The notes under the pieces were generated by a model that was not told the origin of the DNA, made no database searches, and was given only the letters and a program-made list of their open reading frames with translations. Below, in pieces: positions 16,032 through 24,222 of a DNA stretch of 24,222 nucleotides. The position numbers and the translations under genes were made by a program. Each line of letters starts with the position of its first letter. Position 1 is the stretch's first letter. This DNA comes from a virus (taxonomy: Duplodnaviria > Caudoviricetes), in IMG/VR virus record IMGVR_UViG_3300027798_000222, positions 1 to 24,222 of that record; one strand, given 5' to 3'.

Positions 16032-16304
16032 ATGACTATGAGAAACATGACCGCCGAGGAAGCGAAAATGTTCGCGGAGTTCGTGCGCTCCGAAATGGCA
16101 ACAGGCGAGTCGCTCAATATGCACCCTGGCATAAGCCTGCGCGACTGGTTCGCGGGGCAGGCTGACGTGGCAATTTATGAGCCTCTGCAAACGCTCAAAG
16201 CGAAGCTCTCTCGACAGCCGACAATCAGCGAATTGGCCACTTACGTCGCGGAAATTAGGACGATTGAGGCCGACGCCATGCTCGCCGCAAGGGAGGCCAA
16301 GTGA
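16032..16304 (+). CDS. Phage hypothetical protein (GxSLRDWFAGQA motif family)
   Basis: HPGISLRDWFAGQA...ADAMLAARE. Confidence 0.65.
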   Translation: MTMRNMTAEEAKMFAEFVRSEMATGESLNMHPGISLRDWFAGQADVAIYEPLQTLKAKLSRQPTISELATYVAEIRTIEADAMLAAREAK

Positions 16305-16492
16305 GCGCCATTCGCATCAACTCCCGCGCCATCCAGTGTCGCGCAGACGCCGAGGGCGCGACGGAATACGCCATCCGCTACGGCGGTCGCGACTTCATCG
16401 TGACCGCGCACAGCCGACTAGAGGCTGGCATTGCGGCGGAGTATTACCGGCCTGATGAACCGGACGCCGCGCAGCCGGAATTACTGCCGTAA
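16301..16492 (+). CDS. Hypothetical protein
   Basis: 63 aa, GTGA coupling. Confidence 0.5.
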   Translation: MSAIRINSRAIQCRADAEGATEYAIRYGGRDFIVTAHSRLEAGIAAEYYRPDEPDAAQPELLP

Positions 16493-16568
16493 ATTTCAGC
16501 CGGCAGAACCGGCACACAACAAACCCGCCTAAGCTCTTTGAGCATACAGGCACAAGAAAAAACAAACC

Positions 16569-16967
16569 ATGAAACTAAGTGAAGCATATCCGTCCAGCTT
16601 TTTGAAAGCGGACGACCTCCAAGGGCGAGACGTGATCGCCACAATCAGCAGCGTCGAACTCGAATCAATCGGGCAAGGCGCAGACAAGGAACAGAAGCTC
16701 GTCATTGGCTTCAAGGGTAAGGAAAAAAAACTGGTCTGCAATAAAACCAACGCTGGCACCATCGGCCAGCTTTACGGGGACGAGACGGACGACTGGATTG
16801 GCAAGCAAATCATCCTGACCGCTCGCGACGTGGAGTATCAGGGAAAGACCACGCTCGCCATCCGTGTCAGCCTTAAAAAGCCCACCACGGCACCGACAGG
16901 CGCTGCAAAGCCCGCGCCTGCCGCTCCGGTGGACGACATTGACATGGGCGGCCCCGCGCCGTTCTAA
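16569..16967 (+). CDS. Putative single-stranded DNA-binding protein
   Basis: PSSFLKADDL...LVCNKTNA...DDWIGKQI; P/A linker and acidic tail ending in PF. Confidence 0.6.
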   Translation: MKLSEAYPSSFLKADDLQGRDVIATISSVELESIGQGADKEQKLVIGFKGKEKKLVCNKTNAGTIGQLYGDETDDWIGKQIILTARDVEYQGKTTLAIRVSLKKPTTAPTGAAKPAPAAPVDDIDMGGPAPF

Positions 16968-17178
16968 CCAACACACCGCAACTCCGTCGCGTCTCGGCAC
17001 TTTGGCCGGGGCGCGGCGGACGCGGACGGCACACCATGACCGAACCATCGCAAGAACCAACCAACCCGCACACCGTGCGCCCCGCGCCTATCCTTACAGG
17101 TGGGCAGCAGGAGCCGGAATCGCCGTTTGCAGGCGCAGCGCAGGTGCCGCCGTGGGAACTCTAAGCCAAACCAACACC

Positions 17179-17568
17179 ATGGAACCACTGACCAAAGAAC
17201 AACTCCGCGACAACGCAGCCGCAATGCTCGCATTTGCGGACGGCAAGCCGATCCAGTTTATTGCGAGTCTCAATGATACATGGCAGGACTACCTCCATAC
17301 TGACATGATGCCAGACTTGACGAATCTGCCTTTCCGCCCCAAGCCGCAGCCAGTCGCGCGACCGTGGAGCAAGCCCGAGGACGTTCCGCTGAATTGCTGG
17401 CTGCGACATAAGGACGGAGGCAGAGGCAACATGTATCTCATCACGCATTTATCTGGAGATGGGACATGGGGGCACACGCTTGGCTGTATTGTGTGGAGCG
17501 AAATGGTGGACCGCTACGAATACTCCACCGACCGCAAGACGTGGAAGCCCTGCACCGTGGAGGAATAG
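17179..17568 (+). CDS. Hypothetical protein
   Basis: MEPLTKEQ...AFADGKPIQF...WKPC; A/C-rich leader. Confidence 0.6.
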   Translation: MEPLTKEQLRDNAAAMLAFADGKPIQFIASLNDTWQDYLHTDMMPDLTNLPFRPKPQPVARPWSKPEDVPLNCWLRHKDGGRGNMYLITHLSGDGTWGHTLGCIVWSEMVDRYEYSTDRKTWKPCTVEE

Positions 17569-17570
17569 CC

Positions 17571-17912
17571 ATGCCCGACTTTCGCAACAGCATCAGCGAC
17601 CGTGATTTTAACGTGACCGCCTCGCAGCTACGCGCCGACGCTAACGACGCACGCGAGGCGACGCGCGGCGAGGTGACGTTTGAGGAGATCGACCGACGCT
17701 ACGCAGACCCGTTCAGCCGCGAGGAACTGACCGCGCTGCTACCGTTCATCATCGCATTTTGCGCGGACATCACAGTGTGGGAATACGAGCTAAAAGAACG
17801 CTACGGCAGGCCGCTTGCCACGTGGGCGCCTATCACTGAATGGGACGCGCACTTCAAGCCGCAATGCCTCTCGTTGACATACCGCACCGACAATCCTTTT
17901 GCTACTGAGTAG
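17571..17912 (+). CDS. Hypothetical protein
   Basis: Start MPDFRNS, 2 nt after previous stop. Confidence 0.5.
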   Translation: MPDFRNSISDRDFNVTASQLRADANDAREATRGEVTFEEIDRRYADPFSREELTALLPFIIAFCADITVWEYELKERYGRPLATWAPITEWDAHFKPQCLSLTYRTDNPFATE

Positions 17913-18043
17913 CCAACAACTTTCCCGTGCCATGCACGCGATTCGATGAAATCACTGGTAAGAATGGAACTCAAACCGATGACGGAGAATTGCGCGGGCT
18001 GCACTTACGCAAGCCGGGGAAAACACTTTTACACACTGACACC

Positions 18044-18310
18044 ATGAGCACAAAAATTGACGAACTATTCGCAACCCTGCGCGGCCTTGTCAGCGACCAA
18101 ACCCGCGACCTCGCGCTTGCAATGGCCGAGCTTCGCGCCGCCAAAGCCGAGCGCGACACCGCCCGCCAAAGCCTGCGCGCAGCCGAGCAGGATGTCGCCG
18201 AGACGGAGAGCGTCAACAGCGACCTGCGCACCGTCAACGCGCGGCTGGTGGCAGACCTCGCAGCCGCGACGGAGCGCCTGAACCATGCCGAAAGCATCAT
18301 CATGCAATGA
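18044..18310 (+). CDS. Coiled-coil hypothetical protein
   Basis: Start MSTKIDELF. Confidence 0.55.
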   Translation: MSTKIDELFATLRGLVSDQTRDLALAMAELRAAKAERDTARQSLRAAEQDVAETESVNSDLRTVNARLVADLAAATERLNHAESIIMQ

Positions 18311-18597
18311 GCACGGCCCTCGCTATATTCAAGCGCGAGCACGGCGTCGCCACGCATCGCAAGGCCGGCACGGGGCATTGCTACCCGTGGATGGCGTTTT
18401 TCGCGACTATCATGTGTAGCGATGGCCGTCGCCGGCCATTCACCGAACTTGCGCATGATTATTCAATGGCCTCGCTAATGCGACGCAACAAAGTAGCGGA
18501 CGGCGAAACCGAGCTCGAAGCCTGCCAATTTTTGGCCGAGCGCAGCGGCATTCCGTGGCCGGCCGACGAACCCAAGAAACGCAAAACAAAACCATGA
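18307..18597 (+). CDS. Hypothetical protein
   Basis: 96 aa, ATGA coupling on both sides. Confidence 0.55.
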   Translation: MSTALAIFKREHGVATHRKAGTGHCYPWMAFFATIMCSDGRRRPFTELAHDYSMASLMRRNKVADGETELEACQFLAERSGIPWPADEPKKRKTKP

Positions 18598-18809
18598 ACA
18601 CACCCACCGTTGACGAAATCATCGCCGACCTCGAATCGCGCGGACTAGGCTGGAGCCTCGACAACACCGGGCGGCTCATCGAGGCCCGCGTGTGGGACTG
18701 GCCTCACGTCATTGGCCGCTACCGACCGCACACGACGGAGCCGCTGGCGAAGATGCTCGCCACAGCCTGCTTTGAAGTGGACTGGACGGCATACCCGGTG
18801 AAGGCATGA
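18594..18809 (+). CDS. Hypothetical protein
   Basis: Start MNTPTVDE at ATGA overlap. Confidence 0.55.
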   Translation: MNTPTVDEIIADLESRGLGWSLDNTGRLIEARVWDWPHVIGRYRPHTTEPLAKMLATACFEVDWTAYPVKA

Positions 18810-18875
18810 CCACGGATGCGGAGACCAAGGAACAGCTACTCGCCCGCGTGCGGGCTATCTTGCAGGAGTAACTTT

Positions 18876-20300
18876 ATGAATCAAACCTACGAACAGTTCT
18901 TAGACGCGAAATCTCAACTCGGAGGCGAGTTTGGATTTGAACCTACATTCATGCCGGATTTCCTTTTCCCATTCCAGCGCGCACTTATCGAATGGGCCTG
19001 CCGTAAAGGGCGCTCCGCAATCTTCGCGGACTGCGGACTCGGTAAGACGCTCATGCAGCTTGTGTGGTGCCAAAACATAGTGGAGAAAACCAACGGCAAC
19101 GTGCTCATTCTCACGCCGCTGGCAGTCGGCGGACAGACGATCAAAGAGGCTGCGCGCTTTGGCATAGCTGCGGGCCGCTCACGCGACGGAAAGCCAGCCG
19201 GGAAAATCACGATTTCCAATTACGAAAAGCTTCACCTTTTCAACGCCTCTGATTTCGTGGCCGTCGCGTGCGATGAAAGCAGCATCATCAAACACGCCAC
19301 AGGAGCGACACAGAAGGCCGTCACGCGCTTTATGTGCAAGCTGCCTTACCGCTCACTTTGGACGGCAACAGCGGCACCGAATGACTTCACCGAACTCGGA
19401 ACGTCATCCGAGGCGCTAGGTGACCTGAACAACTCAGACATGCTTTCGCGATTCTTTAAGCAAATGGATCAAAAGACGACCGACCAATATGAGAAGAAAA
19501 TCAACAACCTCGAAAAGCAGGCAAACCATTTCGGGAAAATCTCATTTCGCGTCTCGCAGGCAATTAACGGCTGGCGATTGAAGGGCCACGCGCACGACCA
19601 TTTTTGGAAATGGGTTTGCTCATGGGCGCGAGCGTGCCGCAAGCCGTCTGACATCGGGTTTGCCGATGATGGCTACGAACTACCGGCGCTGAATGAGCGC
19701 GAGCATATCGTAAAGCCGACAACGCCACCGGACGGAATGCTTTTCACAATGCCTGCCTTCGGGCTTGCCGAGGAAAGGGATGAGCGCAAGCGCACGCTGA
19801 AAGAGCGGTGCGAAATGGTTGCACAGCTTGTCTCTCACGACCGTCCCGCCGTGGCATGGTGCCACACGAACGCCGAGGGCGAGGCGCTGGAAGCCATGAT
19901 TCCCAACAGCGTGCAAGTGAAGGGGCCGATGAGTGACGACGAAAAAGAGGCCGCTTATGATGCGTTCTTGAATCAAGAAAAGCGCGTGCTTGTTATCAAG
20001 CCGAAAATCGGCGCTTGGGGACTCAACTGGCAATTCTGCAATCACGTTGTCACGTTCGCCTCGCACTCTTACGAGCAATACTATCAGTCAATCCGCCGAT
20101 GCTGGCGCTTTGGCCAGAAAAACCCCGTAACCGTGGACATCATCGCCAGCGAAGGCGAACAGCGCGTGCGCGATAATATGAGCCGCAAGGCCGCGCAAGC
20201 TGAGAAGATGTTTGAGGAGCTTGTGAAGCACATGAATGACGCAATCAAATCTGAAAGAAAAACACACACCATAACCCCGACACTGCCAAGCTGGATTTAA
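18876..20300 (+). CDS. SF2 (SNF2-like) helicase
   Basis: FADCGLGKT (Walker A), CDESS (Walker B), TATAAPN, GLNWQ, QSIRRCWRFGQ. Confidence 0.9.
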   Translation: MNQTYEQFLDAKSQLGGEFGFEPTFMPDFLFPFQRALIEWACRKGRSAIFADCGLGKTLMQLVWCQNIVEKTNGNVLILTPLAVGGQTIKEAARFGIAAGRSRDGKPAGKITISNYEKLHLFNASDFVAVACDESSIIKHATGATQKAVTRFMCKLPYRSLWTATAAPNDFTELGTSSEALGDLNNSDMLSRFFKQMDQKTTDQYEKKINNLEKQANHFGKISFRVSQAINGWRLKGHAHDHFWKWVCSWARACRKPSDIGFADDGYELPALNEREHIVKPTTPPDGMLFTMPAFGLAEERDERKRTLKERCEMVAQLVSHDRPAVAWCHTNAEGEALEAMIPNSVQVKGPMSDDEKEAAYDAFLNQEKRVLVIKPKIGAWGLNWQFCNHVVTFASHSYEQYYQSIRRCWRFGQKNPVTVDIIASEGEQRVRDNMSRKAAQAEKMFEELVKHMNDAIKSERKTHTITPTLPSWI

Positions 20301-20304
20301 TAAC

Positions 20305-21261
20305 ATGAACACTACACCGAAAGAACTACTGACCAAGAAATATGCACTCTACCACGGCGACTGCGTGGAGGTGATGAAGCAACTCCCGGCGAGCATCGTT
20401 GATCTCTCGCTTTACTCGCCGCCATTCGCGGGACTCTACCAATACAGCAGCGACGAACAGGATTTGTCCAACTGCATTTCTAAGGATGAGTTTTACAGGC
20501 ATTACGAGTTTGTGATTCAAGAACTCCACCGCCTCACAAAGCCCGGCAGGATGAGCGCCGTGCATTGCATGGACATCCCAACCGGCAACTCAGGCAATGA
20601 CGCGCTCACTGACTTTCCCGGCGACGTTATCCGCCTGCACGAAAAGAACGGTTTCCGTTTCACTCATCGGTATTTCATCTGGAAGGAGCCGCTAACGGTT
20701 CGCAACCGCACGATGATGAAATCTCTGGCACATCGGCAAATGTGTGAGGACTCATCGCGGTGCTCTATGGCAAACGCTGACCAGCTTCTCATCTTCCGCC
20801 GTAGCGGTGAAAACGCGGTGCCTGTCTCTCACCCTACCGGACTGCACCGCTACGCTGGCGAGGAGCAAATGCCCGCCGACATCCGGCACCTCAAGGGCAT
20901 GGATGGCGACCAAAAGAAAAACCGCTTCTCTCACTGGATTTGGCGGCGCTACGCGGACGCCTTCTGGGACGACATCCGCATTGACGAGGTGTTGAAGCAT
21001 CGGGAGGCCAAAGAGAATGACGATGAGCGGCATTGTCATCCGCTTCAACTTGACGTTATCGAGCGCGCTTGCGTGCTTTGGAGCAACCCCGGCGAAGTCG
21101 TATTCACGCCATTTATGGGCGTTGGCAGCGAAGTCTTCGGTGCCGTATTGAACGGACGAAAAGGAATGGGATGCGAACTCAAAGAATCGTATTTCAAACA
21201 GGCCATTGCCAACCTCGCGGACGTTGAAAACCACGTGGAGCAAGAGCTTATCCCGGTATGA
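20305..21261 (+). CDS. DNA methyltransferase, N4-C/N6-A family (beta-type motif order)
   Basis: GDCVE, YSPPF catalytic motif, HCHPLQLDVI, VFTPFMGVGS SAM-binding motif. Confidence 0.9.
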   Translation: MNTTPKELLTKKYALYHGDCVEVMKQLPASIVDLSLYSPPFAGLYQYSSDEQDLSNCISKDEFYRHYEFVIQELHRLTKPGRMSAVHCMDIPTGNSGNDALTDFPGDVIRLHEKNGFRFTHRYFIWKEPLTVRNRTMMKSLAHRQMCEDSSRCSMANADQLLIFRRSGENAVPVSHPTGLHRYAGEEQMPADIRHLKGMDGDQKKNRFSHWIWRRYADAFWDDIRIDEVLKHREAKENDDERHCHPLQLDVIERACVLWSNPGEVVFTPFMGVGSEVFGAVLNGRKGMGCELKESYFKQAIANLADVENHVEQELIPV

Positions 21262-21311
21262 CCACGACCCAGAACCACCCCGCCCCGCCACGCCCGCGCA
21301 TGAGCACGCGC

Positions 21312-21470
21312 TTGCAACGGGCGCGGGGATGCGGTAGAGAGAAGGTGCCGATTGAACCCCGGCAAGAAAGACGAACAGATGCAGACCAAACCCACATTTT
21401 CAATTCTCCACGTTGCCGACGCAGTTCGTCGCGGGTTCACGGTGGCGTGGAGAATTGAGGAGGTAGAAAA
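21312..21470 (+). promoter_or_regulatory. Promoter and structured leader upstream of the replication initiator
   Basis: TTGCAA-N17-TAGAGA; 13-bp perfect stem 21400-21412 / 21446-21458 abutting GAGGAGG. Confidence 0.55.
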
Positions 21471-22190
21471 ATGAAGCGATTCACTGACACCGATAAATGG
21501 CGCGACCCTTGGTTTAGAAAGCTATCCGCAGGCGCAAAGCTGGCGTTCCTGTTCATCGTGGACAACTGCGACAACGCGGGCGTATGGGATGCCGACATGG
21601 AGCTTGCCAACTTTTCCATCGGCATGGAAATTCCGTGGGAGAAAGTGCGCGAGTCACTTGGGGAAAGGATGGAAGTCTTGAAGTCTGGAAAATGGCACCT
21701 TAAAAAGTTCGTGAACTTCCAATGCGGGGAGTTGAGCGAGGAATGCAAACCTCACGCTGCGGTGATCCGGCTGCTGAATAAGCACGGAATTCAAAGAGTA
21801 TCCAAAGGGTATCCAAAGGGTATCCATACCCTCAAGGAAAAGGATCAAGACAAGGAAAAGGACGAAGATCAAGAGGGGGATGCAAGGGGGAAAGAAAAGA
21901 AAGCCGGATATGCAATCCCCGAATGCTTCGCGGGAGTGGACGGCTTCACCGATGCGCTGCAAGGCTGGATTGACAGCCGTAAGCAACTCCGCAAGCCAGC
22001 GACCGACCACGCCGTGCAACTCATGCTCGGCAAGCTCTCGCAGAAACCAGGCAGGGCCATCGCCGCACTCAACAAGTGCATCCTCTCAGGCTGGCAGGGC
22101 TTCGAGTGGGCATGGATGGACGGCGACAGAAACAACGGGGCAACGCTCTCGCCATTCGACACCCAAGGCGGCAAACGCTTAATGCAATGA
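21471..22190 (+). CDS. Phage replication initiator (replisome organizer-like)
   Basis: MKRFTDTDKWRDPWFRKLS N-terminus, KEKDQDKEK linker, upstream of DnaB. Confidence 0.75.
   Translation: MKRFTDTDKWRDPWFRKLSAGAKLAFLFIVDNCDNAGVWDADMELANFSIGMEIPWEKVRESLGERMEVLKSGKWHLKKFVNFQCGELSEECKPHAAVIRLLNKHGIQRVSKGYPKGIHTLKEKDQDKEKDEDQEGDARGKEKKAGYAIPECFAGVDGFTDALQGWIDSRKQLRKPATDHAVQLMLGKLSQKPGRAIAALNKCILSGWQGFEWAWMDGDRNNGATLSPFDTQGGKRLMQ
21792..21824. repeat. Three 11-bp tandem repeats CAAAGRGTATC (putative origin iterons)
   Basis: Repeat unit is not a multiple of 3, lies inside the initiator gene and is followed by an A-rich tract. Confidence 0.6.
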
Positions 22191-23476
22191 CACTTGAAGA
22201 AACCGCAATACTTGGCTGCGCTTTGCAGTGGCCGGACGAATCGCTCCCGTTCTTGACGGAAGCGGGAATCAGGGCCGACACGTTCAGCCACGAAATCCCC
22301 TCGACTATATTCACCGCCATCGCGACGGCGTGGCTCGCCAAGGCACCGGGAGGCTTCGTGGGCATCGCTACTGCCCTCGGAGACCGTCTCGACGCCGTAG
22401 GGGGCGCTGCGACGCTGCAAACGGCCATCGAAGGAGCCGCGCAACCCGTCACGCTCCCGCACTACGCCGAGATCGTGAAGGAAGGCCATGCCAAACGCCG
22501 TTTGGCCGGCGCGCTCAAGGCCGCATACAAGCAACTGACCACGGAACCGACCGGCACCGTGCTCGCCGCCATCGAAGCTGAGATTTCCAGCATCGCTGCA
22601 GGGCGGGACAAGGCCAGAATTCAAACCACGCGGGAAATCGTGATGAACGTGCTCGGAAACCTCAACAGCCGCACCGATGGCTCGAAAATGGCCGGCTTGT
22701 CCACGGGCATCGTGCGACTGGACGAGGAAACAGGCGGCATCCGCAAGGGCGGCTACTGGGTGATTGCAGGCCCGACCAAGGGCGGCAAATCAGCCCTTGT
22801 GCGCTACATCGTCCGCGCGGTCGCGCTCGACCAAGCGAAGCCGGTGCTCGTCTTCGGGCTTGAAATGAGCAGCGATGACACGGTGGAGGCGATGCTTGCC
22901 ACCGAGGGCAAGGTGAGCGCGAGCCGGATGCGGGATGGAACGATGCAGGAAATGGACTTTCCCAAGCTGCAAGCCGCTGCAAACAACCTCGCGCTCGCGC
23001 CGATATTTTTCCGCGATGACGTGTATGACCTCGCGGGCATTCGCTCCTACGTGCGGCAGGTGAAGGCCGTCCAGCCCGACCTCGCCGTGGTTGTCGTGGA
23101 CTACCTCCAACTGACCGAGGGCGCGGGAAGCGCAGACCGGCGTGAGCAGGAAATCGCCATCGTCTCAAAGGCGCTGCGACGCATGGCTAAGGACGAGAAT
23201 CTGGCCGTCATTGCCTTGGCGCAACTGAACGATGACGGGGAGCTTCGCGAGTGCCGCGCCATCGGCATGGATGCCACCGTGCAGGTGACCATCGAGATGT
23301 GCGAGGATGAACCCGGCGCGCGGCTGCTACGGCTGCGACAGCGGCAGGGCAAGACTGGCGTCGTGGTGCCGGTGTCATTCAGTGGCGAAACATTCGAGTG
23401 GCATCCGTTGGCGCATGAGCCGGAGCCAGCCAGCGGGAAATCTTTCAACAGCAACCCAAAACGAAAACACAAATGA
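22187..23476 (+). CDS. dnaB: DnaB-like replicative helicase
   Basis: GLSTGIVRLD, GPTKGGKS, LEMS, VVVDYLQL, ALAQLN, LRECRAIGMDA; ATGA coupling. Confidence 0.9.
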   Translation: MTLEETAILGCALQWPDESLPFLTEAGIRADTFSHEIPSTIFTAIATAWLAKAPGGFVGIATALGDRLDAVGGAATLQTAIEGAAQPVTLPHYAEIVKEGHAKRRLAGALKAAYKQLTTEPTGTVLAAIEAEISSIAAGRDKARIQTTREIVMNVLGNLNSRTDGSKMAGLSTGIVRLDEETGGIRKGGYWVIAGPTKGGKSALVRYIVRAVALDQAKPVLVFGLEMSSDDTVEAMLATEGKVSASRMRDGTMQEMDFPKLQAAANNLALAPIFFRDDVYDLAGIRSYVRQVKAVQPDLAVVVVDYLQLTEGAGSADRREQEIAIVSKALRRMAKDENLAVIALAQLNDDGELRECRAIGMDATVQVTIEMCEDEPGARLLRLRQRQGKTGVVVPVSFSGETFEWHPLAHEPEPASGKSFNSNPKRKHK

Positions 23477-23892
23477 CCAACGAACCCACACCCGAAACAG
23501 ACGCAATGCTCGCCATCGGCCCGCCAAGCGACTGGCCAGCCTTCGCCCGCGCGATGGAGATGCAGCGCAACGCAGCCCGCGCCGAGCGGGATGAACTCAA
23601 TAGGCAACTTTCTGTCGCGCTCAAAGGCAAGCGCCCTTACTCGTCCGCAAATGCCGACGAGACAATCGCATCGCAGGTCAAGCGTATCGTGGAGCTCGAA
23701 GAAAAGCTGAATGGCTGGTTTTCCGAGCGGGACGCAGCCCGCGCCGACGTTGCGCGCCTCCGCGCAGCGCTGGAAAAAATGCTCGTCGCTGAAATGGAGG
23801 TGCGGCAAATGGATGGATTCGCCGCCGACGAGGTCGAGGCCGAGCCGCACTGGATGGCAGCCCGCGCCAAACTCGCCACACCCGCGAAATGA
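23473..23892 (+). CDS. Coiled-coil hypothetical protein
   Basis: TPETDA N-terminal motif; ATGA coupling. Confidence 0.6.
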   Translation: MTNEPTPETDAMLAIGPPSDWPAFARAMEMQRNAARAERDELNRQLSVALKGKRPYSSANADETIASQVKRIVELEEKLNGWFSERDAARADVARLRAALEKMLVAEMEVRQMDGFAADEVEAEPHWMAARAKLATPAK

Positions 23893-24017
23893 GCACGCTC
23901 GAAATGTTCCCTGACCTCCCGCGCCGACTCACGCACGACGAAATCCTCGCCGGGTTTGCCGAGCTTTTGCGCGCGGTCGAGGCGATGCAGTTCTGGAAAC
24001 CCTACCCGTAACCCACT

Positions 24018-24221
24018 ATGAGAACCCACTCCGCCCACACCCACAACTCCACCCGCAACAGGCACCGCGTCCGCGATGCCGTCTCGAGCAAACGCCACGG
24101 CGAGACCTGCGATGACATCCGCATCGCCTGCCACCTATGGCTGCTACGTCGCTGCCCCGGCTATGCCGAGGAGCACGCCGGGCACGTCGAGCAATACGCG
24201 CGCAGCCTTGGCCGTGCTTGA
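24018..24221 (+). CDS. Hypothetical protein (runs off window)
   Basis: Open to the end of the window. Confidence 0.35.
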   Translation: MRTHSAHTHNSTRNRHRVRDAVSSKRHGETCDDIRIACHLWLLRRCPGYAEEHAGHVEQYARSLGRA

Positions 24222-24222
24222 C

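Noticed and set aside
21258-21458. 66-aa ORF between the MTase and the initiator
   Set aside because: It has an ATGA overlap but is low-complexity and coincides with the promoter and structured leader, so it is not supported as a protein gene.

Overview
This window is part of a tailed dsDNA (siphovirus-like) phage genome. Its modules in order are: tail and virion genes (1-8.5 kb), lysis genes (8.5-10.0 kb), a mostly non-coding minus-strand structured RNA region (10.2-11.3 kb), an accessory array (11.6-14.2 kb), a divergent RusA-like/HTH switch (14.5-15.5 kb), and early/replication genes (SSB-like, SNF2-like helicase plus DNA methyltransferase, initiator with internal iterons, DnaB). The main observation is an integron-type gene-cassette array inside the phage: 9 cassettes, 8 complete attC sites plus one half site, and an attI-like site, with no integrase in the window. 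Its architecture is inverted. The attC sites are canonical on the minus strand while all ORFs run on the plus strand, start mostly inside the attC loops, and cross the recombination point in one fixed frame, so translational coupling would survive shuffling. Four cassettes use a GGT core instead of GTT. Secondary observations are a tRNA-Leu-like RNA with a 22-bp acceptor helix and three leader RNAs whose 5' ends pair with their own hairpin loops. All calls come from reading the sequence by eye; no database searches were run.
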